Of a stretch of DNA of 41,806 bases, positions 17,529 through 27,197 are shown piece after piece. The notes under the pieces were generated by a model. That model did not search any database and had not been told where the DNA came from. It saw only the letters and a list, made by a program, of their open reading frames with translations. Within the stretch, counting starts at the first letter, position 1. Each line of letters starts with the position of its first letter. The stretch is from Pseudomonadota bacterium (GTDB lineage: Bacteria > Myxococcota_A > Polyangia > Polyangiales > Polyangiaceae), in NCBI GenBank assembly GCA_039796375.1, contig JBDKJZ010000001.1, forward strand, positions 1 to 41,806, written 5' to 3'. Both the position numbers and the translations under genes were made by a program.

Positions 17529-18692
17529 TTAGAAGTGCGCGCCGATCTCTATCCCGAGCTGCCACTGACGCGGCATCGACTCGCAGTTCACGTCACCGTC
17601 CGAGCAGACCGCCAAGTCCCGCTTGTCCTGCTCGCTGTTCTGCGCACTCGCTGGATCCACTAAGTCCGTTAAGTACTGCACGCCTAGACTCACGACTTCG
17701 TAGCGGTAGTTAAGCCCAAACAAGAAACGCTGCCGCTCGAGGTTCGCCTGACTGAAGACAGCGTTGTTGTTGTAGTCGAGCGACGACCCGCCTCGACACA
17801 CCGGCTGCCCATCGAAGCTCTCGGCGTTGCTGTTGTTCGTGGCGTTGGGGATATCACTTCCGCTGAACCCGCAGTACCCCAGGGGGTCAGTCCCCGGCGT
17901 GAGGTCAATGAGGCCGGACCGCCCGAAAATCCACAGGTGCTGATAGCCAATCCAGGGGGTTAGGACCCCTTGGCTCGCGATCGGGAAGGGCTTCGACGCG
18001 CGCACGTCCAGCGCGGCTGTCGTCAACTGAAGCTGCTCGGTCCCGGTGATGGTTCTGACGCCTGCCCCGACGGACACGTCTGGGAAGACCCCGCCTACGC
18101 CCGTCCGAAAGCCCTCAAGCAGCGCGAGTCGCACGTCCGCCCCACCGTTAATAATGCTGCTCCCTGGGACGATGCCGACATTCGCCAGCGCCTCTATTCC
18201 CAATATGAAGTTCTTACGAACGTTGAGCGAGTAATTTTGGATAATCCCGGGCGGGCTACCGCTTGTGGCCGCGCTTCCAGACGCCGAGTCTCGTTCACCC
18301 TCTGTACCCAGTTTCCAGTAGGTTGCTTCGGAATCGATGGCCGTATAGGCGGCTTGAACAGAGAAATGAAACCCCCCAAATCCCGTGGTGCGAGCGGGAT
18401 ACATGGCGTTGGGCGCCAGCGCAAAGCCCCACTGAGCCACGAGCTTCTTGAAAGCCGCGTTGTCGGGAGCGCACAGCCCATCACGACCGGACAAGCCCGC
18501 CGCGACGTATTCGCTTCTTAGACGCTCACGGACACCCTCGTCATCGACGATCGCCCCAAGCTGTGTTCGACACTCCGAACTGACGATGAGGCGCGACAGG
18601 GCCGGATCGAGAGCATCTGCAAGTGCGCCCGGCGCCCAGCTGACCCCAAGTGCAACCACGCCCAAACCAGCGATATTCGCTCGAATTCCCAA
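17529..18692 (-). CDS. putative outer-membrane beta-barrel protein
   Basis: Signal peptide MGIRANIAGLGVVALGVSWAPGALA, alternating amphipathic strands, and a C-terminal ..LGIEIGAHF ending in an aromatic residue. TTG start. Confidence 0.7.
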   Translation of the reverse strand: MGIRANIAGLGVVALGVSWAPGALADALDPALSRLIVSSECRTQLGAIVDDEGVRERLRSEYVAAGLSGRDGLCAPDNAAFKKLVAQWGFALAPNAMYPARTTGFGGFHFSVQAAYTAIDSEATYWKLGTEGERDSASGSAATSGSPPGIIQNYSLNVRKNFILGIEALANVGIVPGSSIINGGADVRLALLEGFRTGVGGVFPDVSVGAGVRTITGTEQLQLTTAALDVRASKPFPIASQGVLTPWIGYQHLWIFGRSGLIDLTPGTDPLGYCGFSGSDIPNATNNSNAESFDGQPVCRGGSSLDYNNNAVFSQANLERQRFLFGLNYRYEVVSLGVQYLTDLVDPASAQNSEQDKRDLAVCSDGDVNCESMPRQWQLGIEIGAHF

Positions 18693-18768
18693 GCTTAGCT
18701 CCGACTCGCGAGGCTACTTGGGTAGCGGCACTTCCGTCAAGCGGCGGGGTAGGTCATGATACCGCCGG

Positions 18769-19311
18769 ATGCGGCCGACAAACGCCAACGACTCGACACA
18801 CGCCCGCCTGCGCTCAGCGCCCTTGGCGGCTGCATTTCACATCGCCCTAGTTGAGCCGGAGATACCCCCGAATACGGGAAACATTGCGCGTCTCTGCGCA
18901 GCGACCCAGTCACCGCTCCACCTGATCGGAAAGCTTGGCTTCTCATTGGATGCTCATGCCGTACGCCGGGCCGGGCTAGACTATTGGGATCTCGTGCAGG
19001 TGCACACTCACGAGACGCTGGCCCAAGCAGAACACTTTATCTCACAACAGGGCACAGGTCGTTCCTGGCTCTTCAGTGGCAAGTCTGCTCGTAGCTACCT
19101 GGATGTGGCGTTCACTCCTGGGGACACTCTCGTCTTCGGAAAAGAGAGCTGCGGACTGGAAGATCGGCTCCTGGCCGAACGACCCGACCAGGTCCTCGCG
19201 ATCCCGACCAGTGGGGCTGTTCGTTCACTTAACCTAGCGAACTCAGTCGCGATCGCGCTCTTCGAGGCCCTCCGCCAGAGTGGTAGCCTCGCCAACGCTT
19301 CATTGAAATAG
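18769..19311 (+). CDS. trmL: tRNA (cytidine/uridine-2'-O-)-methyltransferase TrmL (SpoU/TrmH family)
   Basis: HIALVEPEIPPNTGNIARLCAAT closely parallels the E. coli TrmL N-terminus. ..IPTSGAVRSLNLANSVAIALFEALRQ is the SPOUT knot motif. The true start may be TTG at 18823. Confidence 0.9.
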   Translation: MRPTNANDSTHARLRSAPLAAAFHIALVEPEIPPNTGNIARLCAATQSPLHLIGKLGFSLDAHAVRRAGLDYWDLVQVHTHETLAQAEHFISQQGTGRSWLFSGKSARSYLDVAFTPGDTLVFGKESCGLEDRLLAERPDQVLAIPTSGAVRSLNLANSVAIALFEALRQSGSLANASLK

Positions 19312-19330
19312 TCGCAGGTCGTAGTGCCAG

Positions 19331-20950
19331 TTACTTCTTGAACAGTCGACCCAGAATACCGTCGCGCTCGGCGACATCGTCCTGCTTGCGCATTTGATGG
19401 AGCCGGAGCTCGCGAGCGGCTTCGACGTTGTTCGGTTGCAGATCCGCCACGTGACGGAAGTCCCGCATGGCGGCGCTTTGTTTCCCCGCCATCTTCAACA
19501 CCTCGGCCCGCCAAAGGCGTACGCGCAAGTTGGACTCGACAGCCTTCACAGCCCGGTCAAGTGTCTTGAGCAGATCGTCATAGCCGCCCGACGCCCCTCG
19601 CTGACCACTCTTCGCGATAATCCAGGCGTGCATTGCACCGTACTCTGGCTGCTCTGGGTCTTCATCTAGCGCTTTCATCGCTGCAGCCTCGGCCGACGGC
19701 CAGTCGCCGCGCTTGGCCAACAGTTCTGCTCGCTGAAAAGCACTTGCCGCACGAAGCAGCGCTTGAACTCGCTCCTGCTCCTCCTGAGAGCCGACCCCGT
19801 CTCGGCTAAGGCGATCGTACTCCGCTCGCTGAGCCGGGTTGCTCAACACCTGATGCGCCTCGGTCATGCGCGAGAACACCTTCGTCGCGAGCTCGCGGTC
19901 TTTCCGGAGCGCGGGCGGAAGCTTGTCAGGGTGCCAATGTCGCGCGAGCTGAAAGAATGCCGCCTGGATCGCAGCGGGTTCCGCCGCGGGGGGCACACCC
20001 AATACCTCGTAGTAGGTCAAGCTTCCAACTCGGCTAGCCATCGACCGCAGCTCCTCCTGACGATGCTCGACCGCGACGTCTGCAGCCCCCGGCGGTGCCT
20101 CGGTTCTACCACCCTCCTCGCCGGCTCGGCGATGTCGCTTGACCACAGGACGCTGCCCACCGTCTGGGTCCCGAGAGGCTGGAGGGATCGAAACGTCGGG
20201 ATCCACGCCTAAGGGCACTCCGGGCGCGCCCGCGTCCAGATGCCGAGTCAAGACCAAGATAGCTAAAACTCGATCTAGATCCGGCCTCGGCAGCAGGCCC
20301 GTGTCGACGAGCTCCGCATAGCTATAAGCCCTGGCTCGAAGTACATCCAGCACACTCCGAGAGCGCGCATCAAACCCGAAACGCGCCACTCGGGAAGCGG
20401 AATGCAGACGCAAGCTGCGCGACCCGAGTAGCGCCGTGACCTGGTCGGCGCGCTCATCCGGCATGGACGCCTTGCTCGCCGACCAGATTAGGCTCAGCGG
20501 ATCGACGTCTAGGTTATGTCCACCCCACTTCGCCAAAAAGTCCTTCGCGTTGAAGTAGCCATAGATCGAATTCGCACCGAGTTGACTGAGCCAATCTACC
20601 TGGCTCCGTAGCTGTTCTTTTACCGCGAACTTGAGCTGCGCGCTCTCCAGAAGCCCGAGATCCCGAAGCGCGTCTCCGAGCAGCTGGTCGCCTTGACTGT
20701 CCACGACCGCACTCACGTCGTCCTGATCGAGATACCCCAAGCGTACGCAGAGCTGACCCAAGCGATGCGTCAGCTCTGGCGTCTTCGCCTTGACCACTGC
20801 GCCGTTCGCGAGTGTGAGACCGCTGCGTCCAACACCGGGTGTCTCGATCACGATCGACCCGCTCAGCTTCCGCTCGAGACAAAATATCAGCAGCTCGCAC
20901 AGTGGCGTCGAGCCCAGATTGCCCCGCGCGGTGGCGTTCATGCTACTCAT
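19331..20950 (-). CDS. J-domain (DnaJ-like) protein with N-terminal DUF4388-like domain and C-terminal TPR-like region
   Basis: N-terminus GNLGSTPLCELLIFCLERKLSGSIVIE is the DUF4388 pattern. J domain YYEVLGVPPAAEPAAIQAAFFQLARHWHPDK contains HPD. The C-terminal helical repeats look TPR-like. Confidence 0.8.
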   Translation of the reverse strand: MSSMNATARGNLGSTPLCELLIFCLERKLSGSIVIETPGVGRSGLTLANGAVVKAKTPELTHRLGQLCVRLGYLDQDDVSAVVDSQGDQLLGDALRDLGLLESAQLKFAVKEQLRSQVDWLSQLGANSIYGYFNAKDFLAKWGGHNLDVDPLSLIWSASKASMPDERADQVTALLGSRSLRLHSASRVARFGFDARSRSVLDVLRARAYSYAELVDTGLLPRPDLDRVLAILVLTRHLDAGAPGVPLGVDPDVSIPPASRDPDGGQRPVVKRHRRAGEEGGRTEAPPGAADVAVEHRQEELRSMASRVGSLTYYEVLGVPPAAEPAAIQAAFFQLARHWHPDKLPPALRKDRELATKVFSRMTEAHQVLSNPAQRAEYDRLSRDGVGSQEEQERVQALLRAASAFQRAELLAKRGDWPSAEAAAMKALDEDPEQPEYGAMHAWIIAKSGQRGASGGYDDLLKTLDRAVKAVESNLRVRLWRAEVLKMAGKQSAAMRDFRHVADLQPNNVEAARELRLHQMRKQDDVAERDGILGRLFKK

Positions 20951-20999
20951 CGAGAGCTGAGCGTAGCAGACCTGGGCGCGAATCGAGTAGACTCTGAAA

Positions 21000-22385
21000 A
21001 TGTCACGTGGTCATGTGCTTGTCGTCGACGACGAGGCCGCAATTCTGAGTACACTCAAGAAAGCCCTCACACTTGAGGGCTACAGCGTCGATCTCGCCGG
21101 CGGAGCGGCTTTGGCTACGAAACGACTGGAGGCGGGCACGTATGACATCGCCCTACTTGACGTCGCCCTGCCCGATGGGGATGGGCTGAGTCTCCTGCAG
21201 GGCCTCCGAACTGCGGGCAACACCATGCCCGTCGTGATGATGAGCGGGCACGCGACTATCGACGCTGCCGTCCGAGCCACACAGCTCGGCGCGCTCGACT
21301 TCCTGGAAAAACCGCTCTCCACGGATCGCTTGCTGCTCGTGGTCGAGAACGCTCTCCGCCTCGCCAAAGCGGAACAAGAATCGCAGGAGCTGAAACGCGC
21401 GGCCGGATACTTTGAAGAGATCGTGGGCGCCAGCCCCGTCGTGAAAGAACTCGCGCAGCTCGTCGCTCGCGCCGCCCGCTCAAGCGCAAGCGTTCTAGTC
21501 ACGGGTGAACGGGGCACCGGCAAAGAACTCATTGCCCGCGCGCTGCACCGATCGTCGCTGCGAGCGCACCGCACGCTCGAGAAGCTGAACTGCGCCGCAG
21601 TTCCCTCTGAGCTGATCGAAAGCGAACTTTTCGGACATGAGGCAGGGGCTTTCACAGGTGCAACCAAGCTGCGTCGGGGCAAGTTCGAGCGGGCCGACGG
21701 TGGGACAATATTCCTCGATGAGGTTGGCGATATGCCGCTAACCATGCAGGCCAAATTGCTTCGAGTGCTCCAAGAGCGAGAGATTGAGCGTGTCGGCGGT
21801 AGCGAGGTCCTGCGGGTGGACGTGCGAGTTATCGCCGCAACAAACAAAGACTTGCTGGCTGCCTGCGAGGACGGAAGCTTTCGCGCGGATCTCTACGACC
21901 GCCTGAACGTTGTTCCAATCCAGCTCCCCTCGCTGCGAACGCGTCGCGATGACATCCCCGAGCTGGCCAGTCACTTCATCAAGCTGGCGCAGAGCGCTCA
22001 CGGACGTCCTGGTGTGACCCTCACGGTTGCAGCGGTCACGGCCCTTCAGCAACACTCCTACCCGGGAAATGTGCGCGAGCTGCGGAACCTGATCGAGCGC
22101 CTGGTCATACTGTCACCCGACAATACGATCACCGACTCCGACGTCCGGCACGCCCTGGGAATGGCTGGCGCCCCCCGGGTCACCGGCTTGTTCCGGGCGG
22201 GTGTTCCGTTTCGTGTCCTAGCCGAGGACGCAGAGCGAACCATCATCACCGAAGCGCTAGCGGCGAATCAGCATCAGATGGCGGCTACGGCGAGGGCCCT
22301 GGGCCTTGAGCGCTCACACCTGTACAAGAAGGCCAAGGCACTCGGCATCCGCGGCGAAGTCACCGACGGCGCAGACACTGACTGA
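21000..22385 (+). CDS. sigma-54-dependent response regulator (NtrC family enhancer-binding protein)
   Basis: Receiver domain (VLVVDDE..DIALLDVALPDGDG), AAA+ domain (GERGTGKELIARALH, ESELFGHEAGAFTGA, GGTIFLDEV), and a C-terminal Fis-type HTH. Confidence 0.95.
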   Translation: MSRGHVLVVDDEAAILSTLKKALTLEGYSVDLAGGAALATKRLEAGTYDIALLDVALPDGDGLSLLQGLRTAGNTMPVVMMSGHATIDAAVRATQLGALDFLEKPLSTDRLLLVVENALRLAKAEQESQELKRAAGYFEEIVGASPVVKELAQLVARAARSSASVLVTGERGTGKELIARALHRSSLRAHRTLEKLNCAAVPSELIESELFGHEAGAFTGATKLRRGKFERADGGTIFLDEVGDMPLTMQAKLLRVLQEREIERVGGSEVLRVDVRVIAATNKDLLAACEDGSFRADLYDRLNVVPIQLPSLRTRRDDIPELASHFIKLAQSAHGRPGVTLTVAAVTALQQHSYPGNVRELRNLIERLVILSPDNTITDSDVRHALGMAGAPRVTGLFRAGVPFRVLAEDAERTIITEALAANQHQMAATARALGLERSHLYKKAKALGIRGEVTDGADTD

Positions 22386-22439
22386 GATCGCTAGCGACAG
22401 CCGAGCCTCGAGCCGGAGGCAACGGCGGGCGCGCGGCGC

Positions 22440-25298
22440 TCAACGGGAAGGCCGTGCCGCCGTAGCCGCCAGCGCTCGGGCTAGCTCCACGTGCTCCTCT
22501 GCGCGCGCTGCCCGCCCTGTTGCCTTCAGGAACTCGGCGTACCCAAGATGCGCATTAGCCTTGTCGCTACCCTCACCAGGCGAGGCCAACGCTGACTCAA
22601 ACTGGAACTCCGCTCTCGTGTTCTCCCCCGCCGCCGCTAAAACCTTTGCGAACGTCACGTGGGTCCCGACGCCCTCCATATCCGCGAACACCGCGGCGCT
22701 CCCTACGGACACGGCTTCCTTGGCTCGCCCCGAGTGCAGCAGAAAGTCCATGAGCTCCTGAAAAACGCCTCCGTTGTGCTCCTCAAGACGGCTTAGCCCT
22801 ACGAGGGACTTCTCGATACCGCCCTTGTCGTTGTTGGACCGGGCCAACGTGAGCAATCCGTGAAGCGCTTCTGCTTGCGAAGGGTCCAGCGCATGCGCCC
22901 TCAGAAGCGCCTCCTCCTGGGAGGACCCATCTTTCGCCATCAGGGCGGATCTTGCGAGGACTAGCTGTGTCTCATACCCATCCTTGCCCAGTTGCACGAG
23001 CCGCTCTGCGAGCGACCTCGCTAGCGAATGGTTCTCTTGACGGAGCGCCAACTGGGCACTCAACCACAGGGCGTCAGGCAGATCACGAGACAACTTTAGC
23101 GCCTCAGCGACAGCGGCGCCCGCGGCCTCATCGTCACCGCTCTGCAACGCGAGCAACGCCAAGCGAGCGTGAGCGTCAGCGTTGCGCGGTTCGGACCGAA
23201 CCCGTTTTCGCACTCGGTCAGGGTTGCCAGTTCGTTGGACCGGAATGAACTGACCGTCGTAGCGACTCAACCTTCGCTTGAGTTCATCCGCAAACTGCGC
23301 GTCCAGCTGCTCGCTGCTCAAGCCGAGCGCGATCTGAAATACCTGCTCGCTGCGCTTACCCTCTCCCCAAAGCAGCAGCATCTCGCGCAACTTTCCGCGC
23401 CCATAATTCTCAGCCAGCATACGGACGATCTGAGTTGAAGCGTAGTAAGCGACAGTGACGTCACCGAGATCCTCGGCGTGCGTGAAGGCCTCATTCATGC
23501 CACTTACCTTGGGCAGCCGCTTGTTGCGGAGCGCATCGTAGAGTTCCACATCTTGTTCCCGCTTCCACTCGGGGCGCTCGACCAAAGTCTCGTACTCGGC
23601 GAGTCCCTCAGTAAACCAACGGGGGACGTGGTTCTTGGACAACTGAATGTGAAAGACATGGGCGAGCTCGTGCCAGAGCGTCATGCCCAGGTTGAACTGC
23701 TCGCGTCGCGGGCTCATGCTCGCAACGGTCCTTCCAAAACAAACACCCTGGATCGCGGTCTGCGGCAAGCCACTTGTCCGGATCGCAAAGCTCTCGCGCT
23801 CGGCATACAGCTCGACCCCGACAGGCGTCGCGGGCTGGAATTGGTAGTATCGCTCGAAACGCTCCCAAGCGTCATCCAATAGAGCCGGCACATATCGTTC
23901 GAGGATCGTCCGTTCTTCCTTTGAGTAACGCAGATTGAAGCGCTTGCCCGGGACATCGACATAGTGCTTCGCCACAACTTCCTCGTAGAGATTCAGTGTG
24001 TTGAAGACACGTACGTTGAACGGGTCCTTTGCAAAGCTGCGTCGCAAGCTAGTGAGCCCCGCTCGGTCGTTGCCGCTTCTGATCAGGTTCAGCCCGAGCT
24101 GTGCATGCGCCCGGGCATCATCGTCGTCAATCTGGGTCGCCGCGCTCATCATCGACACGATGTCCTCGTAGCGATGCTCCCACTCCGCATACTCCCCCAC
24201 CACCTGATAGAAGCGTGAATACTCAGCGTTCAGCTTGAATACGTGCTCCCGCGTCTCGGCGAACCCGCTGTGGTCATCGGCCAAAAAGCGGACACTCGCC
24301 TGCATGCTCAGCAGCTCGAGGTCTTCTGGGTTGAGCGCCAGACCCCGCTGAACGTACGCAGTCGCCTCATCAAGCAACATGTCGCGCAACGCGATCCCCG
24401 CGAGCACAAAGTAGGCGCGCGTCAGCGCTGGGTTCACCAGCAGTGCGCGCTCCGCGAGCCGCCGGGCTTCAGCGAAGTCGAACGACTGCGCAAGCTTAAC
24501 TTCTGCCATCCAAACCAACGCCTCAGGATGATTCGGAGCGATTCGAAGCACCTCGCTGACGACCTCCTCAGCGTGACCCGGGTCGTATCTCTCAAGAAAT
24601 AGCTCCGCGCGCCACAGCAGGACTTGGCTGTCCTGAGTCAGTGTCTGTTCCGCCTCATTGAAGGTGTCATTGGCCTCTTCAGGACTGCGAAGCAAATACG
24701 CGGCCCTGGCCACCATCGCCAGTTCACGACCTGCCTCAGATGGGATGCGCTCTTCGTTGTAGTCATTCAAGACCGGCGACAACACCGCCTCACACTCCCC
24801 GCGACGACCCAGCGCAAGCAACGTTTCACAGTGGGCGACCCGGAGCGCTCGCGAAGGGTTTCGTTGGCTCAGTTCCCGCAAGAATCCTTCCGCCTCGACT
24901 GGGTTGCCAGTGCGACGAAGCGCGTCCGCACGGATCAGCGCGGCTTCAGCTTGCCGGTCCACGGTTGCGGACGAAAAAGCTTCGTAGGCGGCAGCCGCAG
25001 CCTTGTAGTCACCCGTCATCAGCTGCACGCGGGCGACACCGAGTTGTGCTTGAAGACGCGTCGTAGGTTCCCGTTTGGCCCGCGCGTAACCCGCGAGTGC
25101 CGCTGCGTACTCACTGCGTGCGTAGGCTGAATCCGCGCCGTTCAGCTCATGGGCGGCCGTGGGCTGCTCCCGGCCGGCGGGTGCCGGGCTGCGTGGCACT
25201 GACGCGGCACTGGGTACGGCACTGGGTACGGCGGTGCCCATGCACCCCGCCGCGAATAGAGCCAAACATCCGAAAAGAGGCCACAGCAGCGCGCGCAT
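22440..25298 (-). CDS. TPR-repeat lipoprotein with HEXXH (peptidase MA/gluzincin-like) domain
   Basis: Refined Met at 25298 gives MRALLWPLFGCLALFAAGC (lipobox). Many TPR-like repeats flank ..MTLWHELAHVFHIQLS..WFTEGLAEYE (HEXXH plus a downstream Glu). Confidence 0.8.
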   Translation of the reverse strand: MRALLWPLFGCLALFAAGCMGTAVPSAVPSAASVPRSPAPAGREQPTAAHELNGADSAYARSEYAAALAGYARAKREPTTRLQAQLGVARVQLMTGDYKAAAAAYEAFSSATVDRQAEAALIRADALRRTGNPVEAEGFLRELSQRNPSRALRVAHCETLLALGRRGECEAVLSPVLNDYNEERIPSEAGRELAMVARAAYLLRSPEEANDTFNEAEQTLTQDSQVLLWRAELFLERYDPGHAEEVVSEVLRIAPNHPEALVWMAEVKLAQSFDFAEARRLAERALLVNPALTRAYFVLAGIALRDMLLDEATAYVQRGLALNPEDLELLSMQASVRFLADDHSGFAETREHVFKLNAEYSRFYQVVGEYAEWEHRYEDIVSMMSAATQIDDDDARAHAQLGLNLIRSGNDRAGLTSLRRSFAKDPFNVRVFNTLNLYEEVVAKHYVDVPGKRFNLRYSKEERTILERYVPALLDDAWERFERYYQFQPATPVGVELYAERESFAIRTSGLPQTAIQGVCFGRTVASMSPRREQFNLGMTLWHELAHVFHIQLSKNHVPRWFTEGLAEYETLVERPEWKREQDVELYDALRNKRLPKVSGMNEAFTHAEDLGDVTVAYYASTQIVRMLAENYGRGKLREMLLLWGEGKRSEQVFQIALGLSSEQLDAQFADELKRRLSRYDGQFIPVQRTGNPDRVRKRVRSEPRNADAHARLALLALQSGDDEAAGAAVAEALKLSRDLPDALWLSAQLALRQENHSLARSLAERLVQLGKDGYETQLVLARSALMAKDGSSQEEALLRAHALDPSQAEALHGLLTLARSNNDKGGIEKSLVGLSRLEEHNGGVFQELMDFLLHSGRAKEAVSVGSAAVFADMEGVGTHVTFAKVLAAAGENTRAEFQFESALASPGEGSDKANAHLGYAEFLKATGRAARAEEHVELARALAATAARPSR

Positions 25299-25366
25299 CG
25301 CCGAAGCATGGGCGATCGCCCGCGACCCGACAACCCGTGTCTCGGGCCGTGCTCGCTTTCGCGCGC

Positions 25367-25660
25367 TCAGTCCTGCGGCGCGGCGCGCCAACGGGTCAGG
25401 CGCCGCGGCCACGGGGTGCTCTCGCGTGTCCGCCAAGCGCCGCGTAGCAAGACTTGAGCAAACGCCGAAATCCAATCGGGCGCAGCTTCGCAGTCCACGG
25501 ACACCACGCCGGTAGCGAGCTCAACAACAGCCGTTCCCTGGTGAGACGCTTCCGCTACCAAGCAACTCAGCTCATACGTCACCCGGTGTTCGTCCTTGCC
25601 GGTCAGCTTCACCGTAACACGCCCGCCGCTGTGCGGCCTTACTTTGCCTAGACCTGCCAA
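25367..25660 (-). CDS. small hypothetical protein downstream of rph
   Basis: 97-aa ORF whose TTG start lies 2 nt after the rph stop. The sequence looks protein-like (VTVKLTGKDEHRVTYELSCLVAEASHQGTAVVELATGVVSVDCEAAPDWISAFAQVLL). No family recognised. Confidence 0.45.
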   Translation of the reverse strand: MAGLGKVRPHSGGRVTVKLTGKDEHRVTYELSCLVAEASHQGTAVVELATGVVSVDCEAAPDWISAFAQVLLRGAWRTRESTPWPRRLTRWRAAPQD

Positions 25661-25662
25661 TG

Positions 25663-26424
25663 TTATCCTTTGAGAACCCGCTCTAGACGGACACCGGCGC
25701 TTTCGAGCGCATCACGCTGAATGACGCACAACGAATTCGTTCCCAGCAAGGCCAAATCGACCATTGCATCCATATCGCTTCTTGGCATCGCGACGCCCTC
25801 AGCCGTCGCTTGCAGCTCCACAAGCGCACCTTTCGCCGTGGCGACGACGTTCATATCGACTCTAGCGCTACTGTCCTCGGCGTAACAGAGGTCCAACGCT
25901 AGCGCGCCATCGACATGCCCAACGCTCAAGGCCGCCACCTGGTCTCTCAGCGGAGGGCCCGAGAGCACGCCGGCCGCAAAACACTTGTTCATAGCCAGCG
26001 CCAGGGCGATCCATCCCCCTGTGATCGAAGCCGTACGAGTCCCGCCATCGGCCTCCAGGACGTCGCAGTCGATGCTCACGGTCCGCTCGCCAATCTTCTT
26101 CAGATCGATCGCCGCACGTAGGCTTCGCCCAATCAGCCGCTCAATCTCCTTCGTTCGTCCGCCGACTGGGCGATTGCGCCCGTCGCGCTGCTCGCGTCGC
26201 TTGGGATTGCAGCGCGGGTGCATTTGGTACTCAGCCGTCAGCCAGCCTTCGCCCTTGCCTTCGAGAAACTTGGGGACGGATTCGTCGATGCTGGCCGTAC
26301 ACAGCACCACAGTTCCTCCACACTTGTACAGCACTGAGCCCTCAGCCAGACGATGAAACCCAACGACCACCTCTACCGGACGGTGTCGATCGAGAGGTCT
26401 ACCACCGCGCTTGTCTTGAGCCAT
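25663..26424 (-). CDS. rph: ribonuclease PH
   Basis: Refined start MAQDKRGGRPLDRHRPVEV.. aligns with the E. coli Rph N-terminus. Also AEGSVLYKCGGTVVLCTAS, GGRTKEIERLIGRSLRAAIDL and DCDVLEADGGTRTASITG. Confidence 0.95.
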   Translation of the reverse strand: MAQDKRGGRPLDRHRPVEVVVGFHRLAEGSVLYKCGGTVVLCTASIDESVPKFLEGKGEGWLTAEYQMHPRCNPKRREQRDGRNRPVGGRTKEIERLIGRSLRAAIDLKKIGERTVSIDCDVLEADGGTRTASITGGWIALALAMNKCFAAGVLSGPPLRDQVAALSVGHVDGALALDLCYAEDSSARVDMNVVATAKGALVELQATAEGVAMPRSDMDAMVDLALLGTNSLCVIQRDALESAGVRLERVLKG

Positions 26425-26495
26425 AAAGCCCCCCATAACACGAAATGGGTGCTGCGCGAGCGCAAACACGGCCCCTACCTTTGAACGCACAAGCC

Positions 26496-27197
26496 ATGGC
26501 CTCGACCGAATCATTGCGGGTCTCCGAGATCTTTCACAGCCTGCAAGGCGAGGGTCCGAACGCCGGCACGCCTTGTTCATTCTTGCGTCTGGCTGACTGC
26601 AACCTGAGCTGCGCTTGGTGCGACTCCAGCTACACCTGGAATTTCGAAAAGTACGACCGTGAAACGGAGGTCAAGCAACTCAGCGTCACTGAGGTCGCTG
26701 AACAGTTGGCACCCTGCAACCACCTGGTGATCACCGGGGGCGAGCCGCTTCTACAACAGAAGCGCATCCCGCTCTTGCTTCAGGCCCTCGATTCGAAGCG
26801 CGCTGGACGCTGCGTGGAAGTGGAGACGAACGGGACGTTGCTTCCGAACGACGCACTGTGGGCCCGCATCAATCAGTGGAACGTCTCACCCAAGCTCGGC
26901 AACGCCAAGGACCCGCTGTCCAGGCGTATCCTTCGTCCTACGCTCTCGGTGTTTAGCGCGTCGGACCGGGCCTATCTGAAGCTCGTAGTCGAGAGCGACG
27001 AAGACCTGAGCGAGGCCCGAGAGTTGGTGGACGCTCTCAATTGGCCCAAATCGCGGGTGCTGTTGATGCCTCAGGCCCGGACCCCGGCGGAGCTAGCGGC
27101 TCTTTCGCCGTGGGTGGCTGCCGCCTGCATCGCGAATGGTTTTCGCTATTCGCCTCGGCTACATATCGCACTCTGGGGCGAGCGGCGCGGCGTCTAG
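26496..27197 (+). CDS. queE: 7-carboxy-7-deazaguanine synthase (radical SAM)
   Basis: EIFHSLQGEGPNAGTPCSFLRLADCNLSCAWCDS and ITGGEPLLQ. Start refined to ATG 26496. Confidence 0.9.
   Translation: MASTESLRVSEIFHSLQGEGPNAGTPCSFLRLADCNLSCAWCDSSYTWNFEKYDRETEVKQLSVTEVAEQLAPCNHLVITGGEPLLQQKRIPLLLQALDSKRAGRCVEVETNGTLLPNDALWARINQWNVSPKLGNAKDPLSRRILRPTLSVFSASDRAYLKLVVESDEDLSEARELVDALNWPKSRVLLMPQARTPAELAALSPWVAAACIANGFRYSPRLHIALWGERRGV

Noticed and set aside
21080-21847. 255-aa minus-strand ORF
   Set aside because: It lies antisense to the AAA+ core of the sigma-54 EBP, and the translation is Ser/Arg/Ala-rich junk.
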